Origin: Macrostomum hystrix
Lineage: Eukaryota > Animalia > Platyhelminthes
DNA length: 64,000 bases
NCBI GenBank assembly: GCA_950097015.1
Contig: CATNEN010000038.1
Location: forward strand, 10,416,001 to 10,480,000
Direction of reading: 5' to 3'
The first letter of the stretch is position 1, and the number at the start of each line of letters is the position of its first letter. The notes under the pieces are model-generated. The model saw only the letters and a program-made list of their open reading frames with translations, was not told the DNA's origin and searched no databases. The position numbers and the translations under genes were made by a program. Shown here in pieces: positions 1 to 14,358 of this stretch.

Positions 1-378
1 ACAGCGCTGAAATACAAAGCCAGGAATCGTCTGCATGCCGAGAGCGCTCTGCGTTTGGCACTGACGAAGAAAGTCGTTCCTCAAATCGACTTGTTGTGTG
101 GCAAAATGCAATTCCAACCCTCTCAATGAAAAGTGCATTCGTGACACTGATCTTAAAGCTGAAAACATTTACTGTTTTTGTTGTTTGTTTGTTTGGTTGT
201 ATTTTTGTTCAATGTTTTTCTTGTTTTATTTTAACTCTAAATATACGCATACAATGTGTGAGTTCGTCATACTTAATGTTGCATGATATTGACTATATTA
301 CAAAAAGGGTCGCAAAGAAAAAAAATAGATGCAAGTGAATAAATTAGGGTCGCCTGGAAAAAAGGTTGAGAACCGCTG
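1..378 (+). mobile_element. 3' end of a hAT (Charlie/Buster-like) DNA transposon, cut off by the window start
   Basis: Frame +1, 1-129, reads TALKYKARNRLHAESALRLALTKKVVPQIDLLCGKMQFQPSQ*, resembling the KxKxRNRL...LRL.L...P.I..L...Q.HPSH* C-terminus of Buster/Charlie transposases. A typical hAT right terminus, AGGTTGAGAACCGCTG, ends at 378. Confidence 0.75.
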
Positions 379-1189
379 TCGTAGACGAACCTTTATCTTT
401 CTCTCTACAAGTTGCGGCTATATATACAGAGGCAAATTAGTGTTTGTTTAAATCATCAATTTTTACAAAATAATATTCATACAGTATGCATTTAAAACAA
501 AGAAATTACTACTACACTACTATTGGTAAGGTGAAAAGTAAAATAAAAAATATTTATGTTCGCGCATTTTTAACTTTTTAGATTTTATGAATATTTTTAG
601 ATTTTTATATACAAAAACGTATTAACACTGCCTCAGTAATAAGGTTTAAGCTGAACTTAAATTCCAAGAAAATAAACATTTCTTTTTCGAGAAAAAGAGA
701 AGACAAAAGGTAAAGACTGCCATTAATAAGCGGACACCATCTACACTTGGGAACCATAAAACTATGTGGGCGGCTGACAGAGTGTACAGGCCGGGTAGGA
801 GGCCGGTCTGAGGAGAGGGTTGGCCAAGAACTCAACTCGTTTCCTATTGGCTGTTAGAATTCCCCGTTTAGTCATATAAAGCAGGCGAGACGAGAGGGGG
901 TGTGAGTGTGACCGATATTTAGTCAGGAAATTTTCGCCACTGCTAGATTCTAATAATCTTTTAATTTTTAGATATAATAAGGTATTTTTATTGCAAATAC
1001 TAGGTATCTTTGACGATACTAAAATATACATCTACGATCTAATAAACCAGAGAGAGGTGAGTCATATTTTGCTTGTCAGTGTTTGTGCATTGTCCTTAGG
1101 TAGCCACAAGTCGCACGATCAGTTGAAGCTAAAGATTTACTTGCCTGTAATAAGCTGTCATTAATTAATAAACAAGCTGATCTAGATAT

Positions 1190-1580
1190 GATAGAAACAA
1201 TAAACAGGCAGATCTAGTCAAGAAAGAGATAAATCTAGTTAGGATACAGATAGATCTAGTCAGGAAACAGATGGATCTAGTCAGGAAACAGATAGATCTA
1301 GTCAGGAAACAGATGGATCTAGTCAGGAAACAGATAGATCTAGTCAGGAAACAGATAGATCTAGTCAGGAAACAGAAAGATCTAGTTAGGAAACAGATAA
1401 GATCTAGTTAGGAAACAGATAGATCTACTCAAGAAACAGATAGATCTAGTCAAGAAACCGGCAGATCTAGTCAAGAAACCGGCAGATCTAGACAAGAAAC
1501 AGGCATATCTAGTCAAGAAACAGATAGATCTAGTCAAGAAACAGATAGATCTAGTCAAGAAACAGATAGATCTATTCAAG
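1190..1580. repeat. 21-bp minisatellite (GATCTAGTCAGGAAACAGATA)n
   Basis: Tandem copies seen directly; edges degenerate. Confidence 0.9.
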
Positions 1581-1697
1581 CAACTGATAGAACTCAAGTT
1601 CTTACGAACTTAAATGAACAAAGAGTTTGTAACGTCGTACTGGTATTTGTTGTTAGAATTTTTTACTTGTGATATTTAGTATTACTACTCGTATGAA

Positions 1698-1890
1698 CAG
1701 TAGAACTACCAAGTGGGGCATTTCCCCTGCCAGACAAATGCTTCGCTGCACCCGAACGGAAAAACGCAAGCACTCGAAACTCAAGAACACGGACCAACCT
1801 TTTATTGCGCATCTTCTGAAACAAGAATCAAGTCGCTAGCTCTTCAGACCGTCCAGATATTCAATGGTTCTGGTCGAAGGTCGCTTCGGA
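1698..1890. mobile_element. Terminal fragment of the TTAA-flanked MITE family (see 35697-36313)
   Basis: Starts with CAGTAGAACTACCAAG and continues as the reverse complement of ~36120-36313 (GCTGCACCCGAACGG...GCACTCGAAACTCAAGAACACGG). Confidence 0.7.
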
Positions 1891-2759
1891 AGGTCGAAAC
1901 AGTTGCCTCCGATTTCCTGGAAATGAAAATCTTTATTATTGTCAGCAAAAGTCTGCATTGAGCCGTGATTTTTTTATCCGGTAGCTTTGAGTCGAAAAAG
2001 TCCGGAAACTTCAGCTAATTATAACAAGCATAGTTTATGAAAAGTAGATTTATAAAAATACCGAAGCCTTTTCCGATTTCCTGGACAGGAAAATCTTGAC
2101 CCATGAATGCAAAAAAGTCTGCATTGAACCGTGAATGTCATAAAACTACGAGCTAGTTTTAAAAAGGTTCAGTTTAATGAACCGCATATATGCAGATTCA
2201 GCTATTCAACTAAAATTGTAATTAAGAATTCACATCGCTTTGCCGTGGGCGCACGGCACGCACGTGTGCAAGGCGAGGTGCCCATCAGGCCCAGCCGCGG
2301 AGTGTAACAAAATCTCACTTAATTAAGTAGGTAAAGGCAGCTTCACAGAGTGCTACGAGTAGGTATTCCAACTTCAAGATTTTCACCTTATTGATTGACT
2401 GTCACGCATACATAGGAGGGACGCAGGGGCAGTAGAATCCTGCCTTCAGCTGGCTAATTAACTAGCTGCGAAAAGAAATAGTTAAATAAGGAATTTTTAG
2501 AGCTAGCTTAGGCTATTCTTCCGATAGCTAACAGTCTTACCTGTCAAGTGTCAAGCTAATGAAGTCTGCATAGTTTAACAGGGCCCACAATTTGCCATCT
2601 AGGCCCAATTCAGCCTTATAATTGCTGCTTCAGGGCTGATATTTTCTCTCTCAATTATTTTCATCAAGTCCATCTCTGCTGATTGGCATTGCTAATCACC
2701 TCCGACGAGAAATTCAATCGAACTCAAGCTCTTCAACTGAATCCCACGGACCTAAGGTC

Positions 2760-3840
2760 TGGAAATTAAGACCAGGGATTTGAGATTTAGGAACAGCCAA
2801 ATCAGACAATGGATTTTTTAGAAATCTAGGAATTCGGATCAGGGATTTGAGATCGAGGAATTGGGACCAGGGATTTGAGATAGAGGAATATGGACCAGGG
2901 ATTTGAGATCGAGGAATATGGACCAGGGATTTGAGATCGAGGAATATGGACCAGGGATTTGAGATCGAGGAATATGGACCAGGGATTTGAGATCGAGGAA
3001 TATGGACCAGGGATTTGAGATCGAGGAATATGGACCAGGGATTTGAGATCGAGGAATATGGACCAGGGATTTGAGATCGAGGAATATGGACCAGGGATTT
3101 GAGATCGAGGAATATGGACCAGGGATTTGAGATTTAGGAATAGGGATTTGAGATAGAGGAATAGGGACAAGGGATTTGAGATTTAGGAATAGGGACAAGG
3201 GATTTGAGATAGAGGAATAGGGACAAGGGATTTGAGATTTAGGAATAGGGACAAGGGATTTGAGATAGAGGAATATGGACCAGGGATTTGAGATTTAGGA
3301 ATAGGGACAAGGGATTTGAGATCTAGGAACTGGGACAATGTATTTGAGATCTAGGAACTGGGACCATGTATTTAAGATCTAGGAACTGGGACCATGTATT
3401 TGAGATCTAGGAACTGGGACAATGTATTTGAGATCTAGGAACTGGGACCATGTATTTGAGATCTAGGAACTGGGACCATGTATTTGATATCTAGGAACTG
3501 GGACCATGTGTTTGATATCTAGGAACTGGGACCATGTATTTGAGATCTAGGAACTGGGACCATGTATTTGATATCTAGGAACTGGGACCATGTATTTGAT
3601 ATCTAGGAACTGGGACCATGTATTTGATATCTAGGAACTGGGACCATGTATTTGATATCTAGGAACTGGGACCATGTATTTGATATCTAGGAACTGGGAC
3701 CATGTATTTGATATCTAGGAACTGGGACCATGTATTTGATATCTAGGAACTGGGACCATGTATTTGATATCTAGGAACTGGGACCATGTATTTGATATCT
3801 AGGAACTGGGACCATGTATTTGATATCTAGGAACTGGGAT
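2760..3840. repeat. 28-bp minisatellite with a sequence gradient (GGACCAGGGATTTGAGATCGAGGAATAT to GGGACCATGTATTTGATATCTAGGAACT)
   Basis: Tandem copies seen directly; the unit changes progressively along the array. Confidence 0.92.
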
Positions 3841-4189
3841 CTGGCATTGGGATTACTAATTGTATTCTAAAATCTAAAATGAACACTTTGCACCTAGGGA
3901 TTTTATCATATTCCTGCATAGCAACCAGGCTAAAAGCAGTCGCGAGTGTGATAAGCAGCCAAGGCATTTGGATTTACGACTATCATTAAAAAAATTCGCA
4001 GCGTTAGGGTTTCCGTTTGGAAGATCAGGACACGTTTGGTACACTGGTTCGCGGAGCGGACTAACTTGGCTTTCACAAACCTGATTGGCTGAAATTTGCA
4101 ACTTTCATTTTCAAATTTCCATCACTGCATGGCCTGCATAGACAAATTTTTTTTCTTAATTCGAAGCTATACATATCTAAAATACCATT

Positions 4190-4770
4190 TCTGAAATCTG
4201 GGATCTGGGGTCCAGGAACTGGGAACAAGGGAATCTAAGAACAGGGGGATTAGTATCAGGAATCACTAGAAACTAGGGATTTAGTAGCTATCCGGGAACT
4301 AGGGATATAGGATGTAGAAACTAGGGATTTGGGATCTAGAAACTATAGATCTAATAGCTATCTGGGAACTACGATATGGGATCTAGAAACTAGGGATCTA
4401 ATAGCTATCTGGGAACTACGATCTGGGATCTAGAAACTAGGGATCTAATAGCTATCTGGAAACTAGGAATATGGGATCTAGAAACTAAGGACTTAACTAA
4501 TAGCGATCTGGAAACTAGGGATATGGGATCTAGAAACTAGGGATTTGGGATCTAGAAACTAGGGATGTAATAGCTATCTGGAAACTTGAGATTTGGGATC
4601 TAGATCTATCCAGGGATCTAATAGCTATCTGGGAACTAGGGATTTGGGATCTAGAAACTAGGGATCTAATAGCTATCTGGGAACTAGGGATTTGGGATCT
4701 AGAAACTAGGGATCTAAAAGCTATCTGGGAACTAGGGATATGGGATCTAGAAACTAGGGATATGGATCTA
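4190..4770. repeat. Degenerate composite minisatellite (GGGATCTAGAAACTA / GGGATCTAATAGCTATCT)
   Basis: Alternating sub-units seen directly. Confidence 0.85.
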
Positions 4771-5179
4771 TGTGACTATACTATAGAGATATGTTTTTAA
4801 GTGTTCTAATCCCGACCCTAAGTTGTACGAACTTAACTGTGAACCTATGTATGTTGTAAAATTTGTTTACAAAGGAAAAGTTTAGTGCGCTGAGTGGGAA
4901 AATGCTGGGAAAAACAGCAGAAAAAAACTGGCAGTGTGCAGCGCTGCCTTCGATACCAAAGGCAGATAATTCGATCCTTGAAGCCAGGGAAAATATGTTT
5001 TTTTCAGGCTACAGCTAGCTATTTCGCATTTTCTCTTTAAGTACTCCTGTTTTGTACAATTTAGGTCCTGGGTTTAGCAATGGTAATCCAATATGCTTGT
5101 ATCTATATTTAGCCGCAATTTTATCATACATCATTCACCATTTTGCAGAAACTCCAAGCAGGATAGTTTCCGAGAAATG

Positions 5180-6453
5180 GGAGGGCCGGTAAATTCTAAA
5201 AAATATAAAGTCCGGAATATTTTTCAGCTAGATCTTCGTACAACTTTTGTTTATGGTAAGCCTCAAAAGTGGTAGTCATACACTAGCATGCTTGCATGCA
5301 TGCTTTTATCTCTTTTACTCAGAATCAGCGCATCTCTTCAGCTCTGCTTGAATAGCCACAATAGTAATAATAATGGACATGCCTAAAAATCAATGGCGAG
5401 CAATTCTGCTCAACCACTTTCACGCTGGAAGAAATGCAGCCGAGGCACATCGCGAGCTATCAAGTCTGATGGGTCATCATGCCCCCTCTAAGTCTACGGT
5501 GTACGAATGGTTCGCTCGCTTTGCAGAGGAGGACTGGAACCTGTCCGACAAACCAAGGTCAGGTCGACCCCCCCCACTGCCGATCAAGGTGCCGTTCTCC
5601 ATGCCCTAGAGGACAACCCGGAGTACAGTGTGCGCAAGTTGTCGGCCACAACTGGAGTGCCCTATACAGCACAGTTCGACGGAGCCTGCATGATGCAGGC
5701 AAGGTTCCGAAGAAGCCGACTCTGGTACCCCACGAGCTGACCCCCCAGCAGATGGGCACTCGGGTCGAGATGGCAACTTCGAACCTCCTCCAGGCCCCTC
5801 CAGGCCCATATTTCCTAAAGTCCATCATTGCGCAGGATGAGAAGTGGGTCACATATGAAAATCCTATTGCATCGGCAGTCTGGGTGAATGCTGATGAAGA
5901 GCCAGCAATCTGCTCCAGGCGAGACCCCCACTGTGGGAAGCAGCTCTTGTCCTTCTGGTTCTGCTCATCGGGCCCCATCTTCTGGGAGCTCATCCCGCAT
6001 GGTGTGGCTGTCACTGCTGCTGTCATCTGCGAAGAACTGGAGCAAGTTGCCTACCGGCTGCGATCCGTGTGCCCAGGGCACCGGGACAAAGTTCTTCTGT
6101 TTGACAATGCCCGACCACACAAGGCTAGAATCACCCAAGCCAAACTCGCGAGCCTCGGCTTCAGCGTTTTGCCTCACCCACCTTACTCGCCGGACCTCTC
6201 GCCATGGGACTACCATGTGTTCAGATCCCTCCAGAACTTCTGTGATGGTCGGCGGTTTGCGAACAAGCAGCATGTGGATCGACTCTAGGCCAAGGAGCTT
6301 CTGGATGGAGGGATTGAGGCACTGCCTATGAGATGGGAGAGAGTCAAGGTCTTGAATGGCAACTATGTTACATCGTTTTAATTTGTTGACTTTGAATGCG
6401 AAAGTTGACTATGTTGATGCAATGAAATTCCGGAAACTTTGGCTCCACCCTTA
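5180..6453 (+). mobile_element. mariner (DD34D) transposon; transposase broken by several frameshifts
   Basis: ATG at 5373 begins an HTH region (AAEAHREL...STVYEWFARF...LSDKPRSGRP). After frameshifts come LVPHEL, DEKW, DNARPH and HPPYSPDLSPWD; the C-terminus LPMRWERV...NGNY ends at ~6380. A TIR-like sequence lies at 6421-6453; the left end is degenerate, so boundaries are approximate. Confidence 0.9.
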
Positions 6454-6505
6454 TGATCAGTCATATACGAGCTATAAATTATAGCTACTTAAAACTTAAT
6501 TAGAT

Positions 6506-6819
6506 TATTTTTTTGATTACACCTGCCCCAATTGGGTCAGATGTGCAGCCGACAGCACAGCCGCAGCTAATGCGCGGCGCATCTGAAGGCTGCGTACAGC
6601 TGTTCAGTCCACGGACTGGGGGGACGCCACACCCACCTTCAATTATCCCAGCTGATGCTGGCACCCATTTAACAGCTGGGTGAACTGAAGCAATGCAGAG
6701 TTAATTGTCTTGCTAAAGGACGCAAATTGTTCCAGTGGAGTCGGGAATCGAACCCCCGATTTTTAAGTCGTGAGTCCGACGCCTTAACCACTAGGCTACA
6801 ACCTCTTGTAGTCTTGTAG
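6506..6819 (-). mobile_element. tRNA-derived SINE family A (CORE-like domain), full length
   Basis: On the minus strand: A-box TAGCCTAGTGG, B-box GGTTCGATTCC and a CORE-like segment. Flanked by direct repeat CTTAATTAGAT at 6495-6505 and 6820-6830 (TSD). Confidence 0.85.
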
Positions 6820-7419
6820 CTTAATTAGATAAATTTAAACAATAGACAGAGGCCTCATTTCAACAAGTTATTCCCGGACATAGCTAGCTATTTAAGGAAT
6901 GTTTTGGCGGTTCATTCTAAGAAATGATAAATTGCCCAGAGATTTTTTATCTTGAGTTGAGTTTCACAATCGTTTGTGGAAGGCCCAGACACAATATACA
7001 GGTAAATGTGTGATAGCATAGCTCAGCATTCTGAACTTTTTGAAAGTTTGTTAAAGTTGGTAAAGGTATGAAGATGCAGCTGTCACCCTGACCTGTCAAT
7101 CATTCGACCCTCAGTTGACTTCCTCATTCCAATCCAATTCCCTGATGGCTAAATTTTGTATCTGCACTCATGCATAAACAATATAAAGTATATATTGAAA
7201 TTAATAGTGTTTGTTGGTTCAGAAATTCAATTCTAGTAGAAAAATAACAACTGGAATCGCAGCAGCTGGAATCGCAGCAGCTGGAATCGCAGGATTCACA
7301 GATATAGAATCGAAGCAGGAAACCGCTTTTTCAAAACTGTTTATAACATTATCCGCCTGGTGGTAGCAGGAATTCACTGCTTTTGTAGAATGACAGCAGA
7401 ATTCGTGGTTAGAACTACA

Positions 7420-9047
7420 ACAGGATTCGAATCAAGAATCGTTGCAGGATCCGCAGCAAGAATCGTAGCAGGATTCGCAACAAGAATCGTAGCAGGATTC
7501 GCAGCAAGAATCGTAGCAGGATTCGCAACAAGAATCGTAGCAGGATCCGCAGCAAGAATCGTAGCAGGATCCGCAGCAAGAATCGTAGCAGGATCCGCAG
7601 CAAGAATCGTAGCAGGATCCGCAACAAGAATCGTAGCAGGATTCGCAACAAGAATCGTAGCAGGATTCGCAGCAAGAATCGTAGCAGGATTCGCAACAAG
7701 AATCGTAGCAGGATCCGCAGCAAGAATCGTAGCAGGATCCGCAGCAAGAATCGTAGCAGGATCCGCAGCAAGAATCGTAGCAGGATCCGCAACAAGAATC
7801 GTAGCAGGATTCGCAACAAGAATCGTAGCAGGATTCGCAGCAAGAATCGTAGCAGGATTCGCAACAAGAATCGTAGCAGGATCCGCAGCAAGAATCGTAG
7901 CAGGATCCGCAGCAAGAATCGTAGCAGGATCCGCAGCAAGAATCGTAGCAGGATCCGCAGCAAGAATCGTAGCAGGATCCGCAACAAGAATCGTAGCAGG
8001 ATTCGAATCAAGAATCGTAGCAGGATCTGCAGCAAGAATCGTAGCAGGATCCGCAGCAAGAATCGTAGCAGGATTCGCAACAAGAATCGTAGCTGGATCC
8101 GCAGCAAGAATTGTAGCAGGATCCGCAGCAAGAATCGTAGCTGGATCCGCAGCAAGAATCGTAGCAGGATCCGCAGCAAAAATTTTAGCAGGATCCGCAG
8201 CAAGAATCGTAGCTGGATCCGCAGCAAAAATTGTAGCAGGATCCGCAGCAAGAATCGTAGCAGGATTCGCAACAAGAATCGTAGCAGGATCCGCAGCAAG
8301 AATCGTAGCAGGATTCGCAACAAGAATCGTAGCTGGATCCGCAGCAAGAATTGTAGCAGGATCCGCAGCAAGAATCGTAGCTGGATCCGCAGCAAGAATC
8401 GTAGCTGGATCCGCAGCAAGAATCGTAGCTGGATCCACAGCAAGAATCGTAGCAGGATCCGCAGCAAGAATCGTAGCAGGATCCGCAGCAAGAATCGTAG
8501 CTGGATCCGCAGCAAGAATCGTAGCAGGATTCACAGCAAGAATCGTAGCAGGATCCGCAGCAAGAATCGTAGCTGGATCCGCAGCAAGAATCGTAGCTGG
8601 ATCCGCAGCAAGAATCGTAGCAGGATCCGCAGCAAGAATTGTAGCAGGATTCGCAGCAAGAATCGTAGCAGGATCCGCAGCAAGAATCGTAGCAGGATTC
8701 GCAACAAGAATCGTAGCTGGATCCGCAGCAAGAATTGTAGCAGGATCCGCAGCAAGAATCGTAGCTGGATCCGCAGCAAGAATCGTAGCAGGATCCGCAG
8801 CAAAAATTTTAGCAGGATCCGCAGCAAGAATCGTAGCTGGATCCGCAGCAAAAATTGTAGCAGGATTCGCAACAAGAATCGTAGCTGGATCCGCAGCAAA
8901 AATTGTAGCAGGATCCGCAGCAAGAATCGTAGCTGGATCCGCAGCAAGAATCGTAGCAGGATCCGCAGCAAGAATCGTAGCTGGATCCACAGCAAAAATT
9001 GTAGCAGGATCCGCAGCAAGAATCGTAGCTGGATCCGCAGCAAGAAC
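7420..9047. repeat. 24-bp minisatellite (GCAGCAAGAATCGTAGCAGGATCC)n
   Basis: About 1.6 kb tandem array; accounts for the repetitive ORFs 7360-9069, 7374-8990 and others. Confidence 0.95.
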
Positions 9048-9772
9048 CCAGGACGCGGTTAGCGGTTAGCTGGCAGTATCCAGAATTATAAAAGTCGTGT
9101 CGTGTCGCCTCATACACGAAAAATGTGGCTAGCTTATTCTCTCTCTGATCTGATAATTTTTTCAGACATTCCATTACCAGACGTTGATAATGAAATGTGA
9201 CACAGTTGAGCTTTTACTCACAAATATTAGCTAGCATATTAAAGCTTAATAATTCAACTAAAGTATAGCTGCAGCCGTGTATAAGGGACTGGCATGATGA
9301 AATTTGCACTTATCATTCCATCTTGGTGATCCAGAGAGTTGTAGATAATATTAATAGTATGGTACGAGTATATAGGATTAGGATTGCTATAGCATAGGGC
9401 ACACTTGGTCCATTTCCTGTGATAGCCAGCTTAGTGGAGGCAAATCGTGATGGAATAGCTGGGTAAATACTGTATTACTCTAGTGCCACCTATAATGTTT
9501 TATATGGTCTAGAAAAATGTGTGTTTCGCGTTTATTTGTTATAGTCTACTTATATAAGTCCTTGTGTGACATCGAATAAAAAAATCAATTCGTACGTTGC
9601 AATCTAACTTCATTTGATCACTTTTACTTCATTTCGATTCACTTTGCTTCATTTAGATAGATCAATCAAATACCACACACACTTAAATGCTCTCGACAAT
9701 GAGGCCCGAAAGCTTCTAGAATATTTCACTTGGTCTATATATAGTCGCATGCAAGACCATTCTTAATTCAAC

Positions 9773-9860
9773 CCGGTGATAGCTCAGTTGGTAGAGCGGA
9801 GGACTGTAGAGTACACACGCAGTGATCCTTAGGTCGGTGGTTCAAATCCGCCTCACCGGA
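9773..9860 (+). tRNA. tRNA-Tyr(GTA) with 15-nt intron (9810-9824)
   Basis: Acceptor stem CCGGTGA/TCACCGG+A, D-arm GCTCAGTTGGTAGAGC, anticodon GTA at 9806-9808, intron after position 37, T-loop GGTTCAAATCC. TATA-like element at ~9736 and a T7 run downstream. Confidence 0.95.
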
Positions 9861-9864
9861 ATTC

Positions 9865-9871
9865 TTTTTTT
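9865..9871 (+). terminator. RNA Pol III terminator (T7)
   Basis: TTTTTTT begins 5 nt after the tRNA 3' end. Confidence 0.8.
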
Positions 9872-10520
9872 CATTTCTTGTTCTTATGAAAATGCTTTCA
9901 TTTTTGTTAACTACTAGAAAAGTGGATATGAAGCACTTAATATCACGAAAAATGGTTTTCTATACATATCGGAAGTCGTGTCACATTCAAATTTTCTCAT
10001 AGAAAAATATAGTTCAAAGTTTTAAGTGCAATTATTCATTTATCGAACAATTTTAATATCCATTTACATATCGGAATCGCAATCCTCAGACAAGCTCGCG
10101 TTGCTTATTAAAGCACGTTACACCAATAAAAGTTATCTGTACTGTTACATTTCTCATTTAGTCAACAGTTAGTAAACTGTTAATAAGTATGAAGTAACCA
10201 TTGAATAAAGTGAAGCAATAGTTTGAAAACTTTTATGGACAAATTTTCTACATAGTTTCCTATTCAAATTTATTCGAGTGAAAACTTTAAGAAAATCTTA
10301 GTAAATCGACTTTTCAGTTTTCTACTTTCAGTAGGAGTGTGCGCTTTTACTTAAAAATATGCTTTTTAAGTCAAAGAAATTCCCAAAGATAGAAAAAATT
10401 GAGACAGCTGGAATGCTATGCATAATTTTTTTCCATTGCATATTTTCAGACTCGAGTTTACCCTAAAGGAGAGAGTGACCAGCTGCTTCCAATGCCATCA
10501 CAGCCCTTGAGCGGCGGTGA

Positions 10521-12435
<1,915 letters not shown>

Positions 12436-13528
12436 CGCTGTAGATTCTATTTCATTCATCAGATTCTAGATGAGCAGCTTCTTGATTCGTGTGTATTCTA
12501 AGTAACTATATAAGCCTTCTCTACATCATTTTACCTCCTATTGTGAACTATATTTCGAACAAAGTCCAGAGAATATTTAGTATTACATTGGGTCAATTGC
12601 AAGGATCAAAAGTGAAGCTGATTTTCGCGTTCCGCTGGGAGTTAGGTTTTAGACCATAGACTAAAAATATTTTAGGTGCCGTGAGCAATAAATCACTGAT
12701 ACTCGGAGATACTCTATGGCATAATCTCCTCGTTTCAGTGGTATCTATTATAAAAATATTTTAGCGACATTATAATTTTGTCTTCGGTCATTTTTGTCAC
12801 TGAGTAACACGCACGCGCAGATTTTACATCCTCAAAGTCAAAACAGGACGTTATATAGTACAGTAAGCAATTATGCAGCTTAATTATTCGAAACAAATCG
12901 AATTTGTTTGAAATCGACGAGCCTTTGTTTCAGTAGGAAAAATTCGAACCCTGTCTATTTAATTCATTCAGTAAATATTTATTTTTAAACACTTGATTAC
13001 CTGTGACACCCCAGTCAGCTGTAGATACACAATGACTGTTTTAATTTATGATTTATGCTGCTGTTGACAAATCAGTCGCCTTATCTTCAAACGTCATCAT
13101 TTTTTCACCGCTTCCACATAATTGGCAATCCTGACTTTGCGTTTTTGTTGAAGCTAATGCAAATTTAATTATTTCTAGAATTGGGGTGATCTCTAAACAG
13201 TTTCCGCCTTTATTGTTTATTAACGACTGTTTGTGTCATGCTTTTCCATGCATTGAATTGAGTAATAAAACTGCTACTTTGCACAGATAACTTTAAAGAC
13301 AGCGAGAGATCGCATTGTTCAAGGTCTGCATGTTAGACAAGATTTCTCTTCACTCTAAAACATTTCCAAATTACTGCTTCCAGGCTGATTTTGCTCGTCA
13401 TGTTGCTAAGTATGTTGCTTTATCACAAGCTCCATTGAGTATAAAAAAATTAAGTAGAATAAATGCTTAACTGTACAATGTACCGTGACGAAACGGATGC
13501 AACAATGTTTTTGACAGCACCCTAGGTT

Positions 13529-13598
13529 CATAGATCTTATATACCTTATATATATATTATAGACCTTATATATCTTATATACGTATATAAGATCTATG
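13529..13598. mobile_element. 70-bp miniature inverted-repeat element, P-like termini
   Basis: Perfect 16-bp TIR CATAGATCTTATATAC/GTATATAAGATCTATG with 8-bp direct flanks CCTAGGTT (13521-13528, 13599-13606). Confidence 0.75.
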
Positions 13599-14358
13599 CC
13601 TAGGTTTTAAAAAATAATGTGACGATCAAGCCGTTATATACTGGCATTCTCGTTTAACCATGCATGCACGATAGGCAGGATTAATTTGGTCTATGGTATA
13701 GATTCATTAAAGTTCATTTCAACCCCAAGGCATGCAAAATTTAACGTCTATGGTAGATTCTGTGATTCAAATAAGAATGTGATTCATGAACGCCAACGTC
13801 TATGGCAGTCTATAGCAGTAGTCTGCGTGCATGAATCTTCTAATTCTTCTAACCATCTATGTAATTTTGTGTGCCTCTTACCCATAGACAATGAAAGCGA
13901 CCATAATATAGTATCGTATGAGCGTGCTGGAATACAGCATACAGCATGTATAGCTGGTCATAGCCATAGACAATTCGACCAAATGGCGTGCAAATATCGA
14001 CCAAAATTGGTAAGCCCCAAAAAACCCTCAAAAATATTTTTTAAACAATCTTACAAGAACTCTGCAGGCTACTTTAGCGCATAAGAGCACAACAATGGCC
14101 TTTGGTCTCCAGAGTCGTAATCTGTAAGCTAGAGTTTGAGGGACAACATGATCACGACCAGCAGCAAAACTTTCTCAAATATAGATTTACACATACTACT
14201 GCATGATCAAGTAGAGTGTGTCTCTAAGTGCGAAAACAAATCTTTTCATTGGTCAAGGCCAAAGACAGGAAAACGTTTAAAGCCTCCGGTGCACACGGTC
14301 GCTATGGTTGAGAAGCGCTGCCATAATCAAAGCAAAAAACGAAGTTCATTGGATAACA

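Noticed and set aside
5373-6380. Programmed frameshifting or an active mariner transposase
   Set aside because: At least three frame breaks plus a C-terminal deletion and unmatched TIRs; decay or sequencing error is simpler.
7360-9069. 569-aa (RIVAGSAA)n and antisense (ADPATILA)n ORFs, superficially like ice-nucleation or antifreeze repeats
   Set aside because: Open on both strands because the 24-bp unit lacks stops. There is no ATG start, signal peptide or flanking domain, and it behaves like the other minisatellites.
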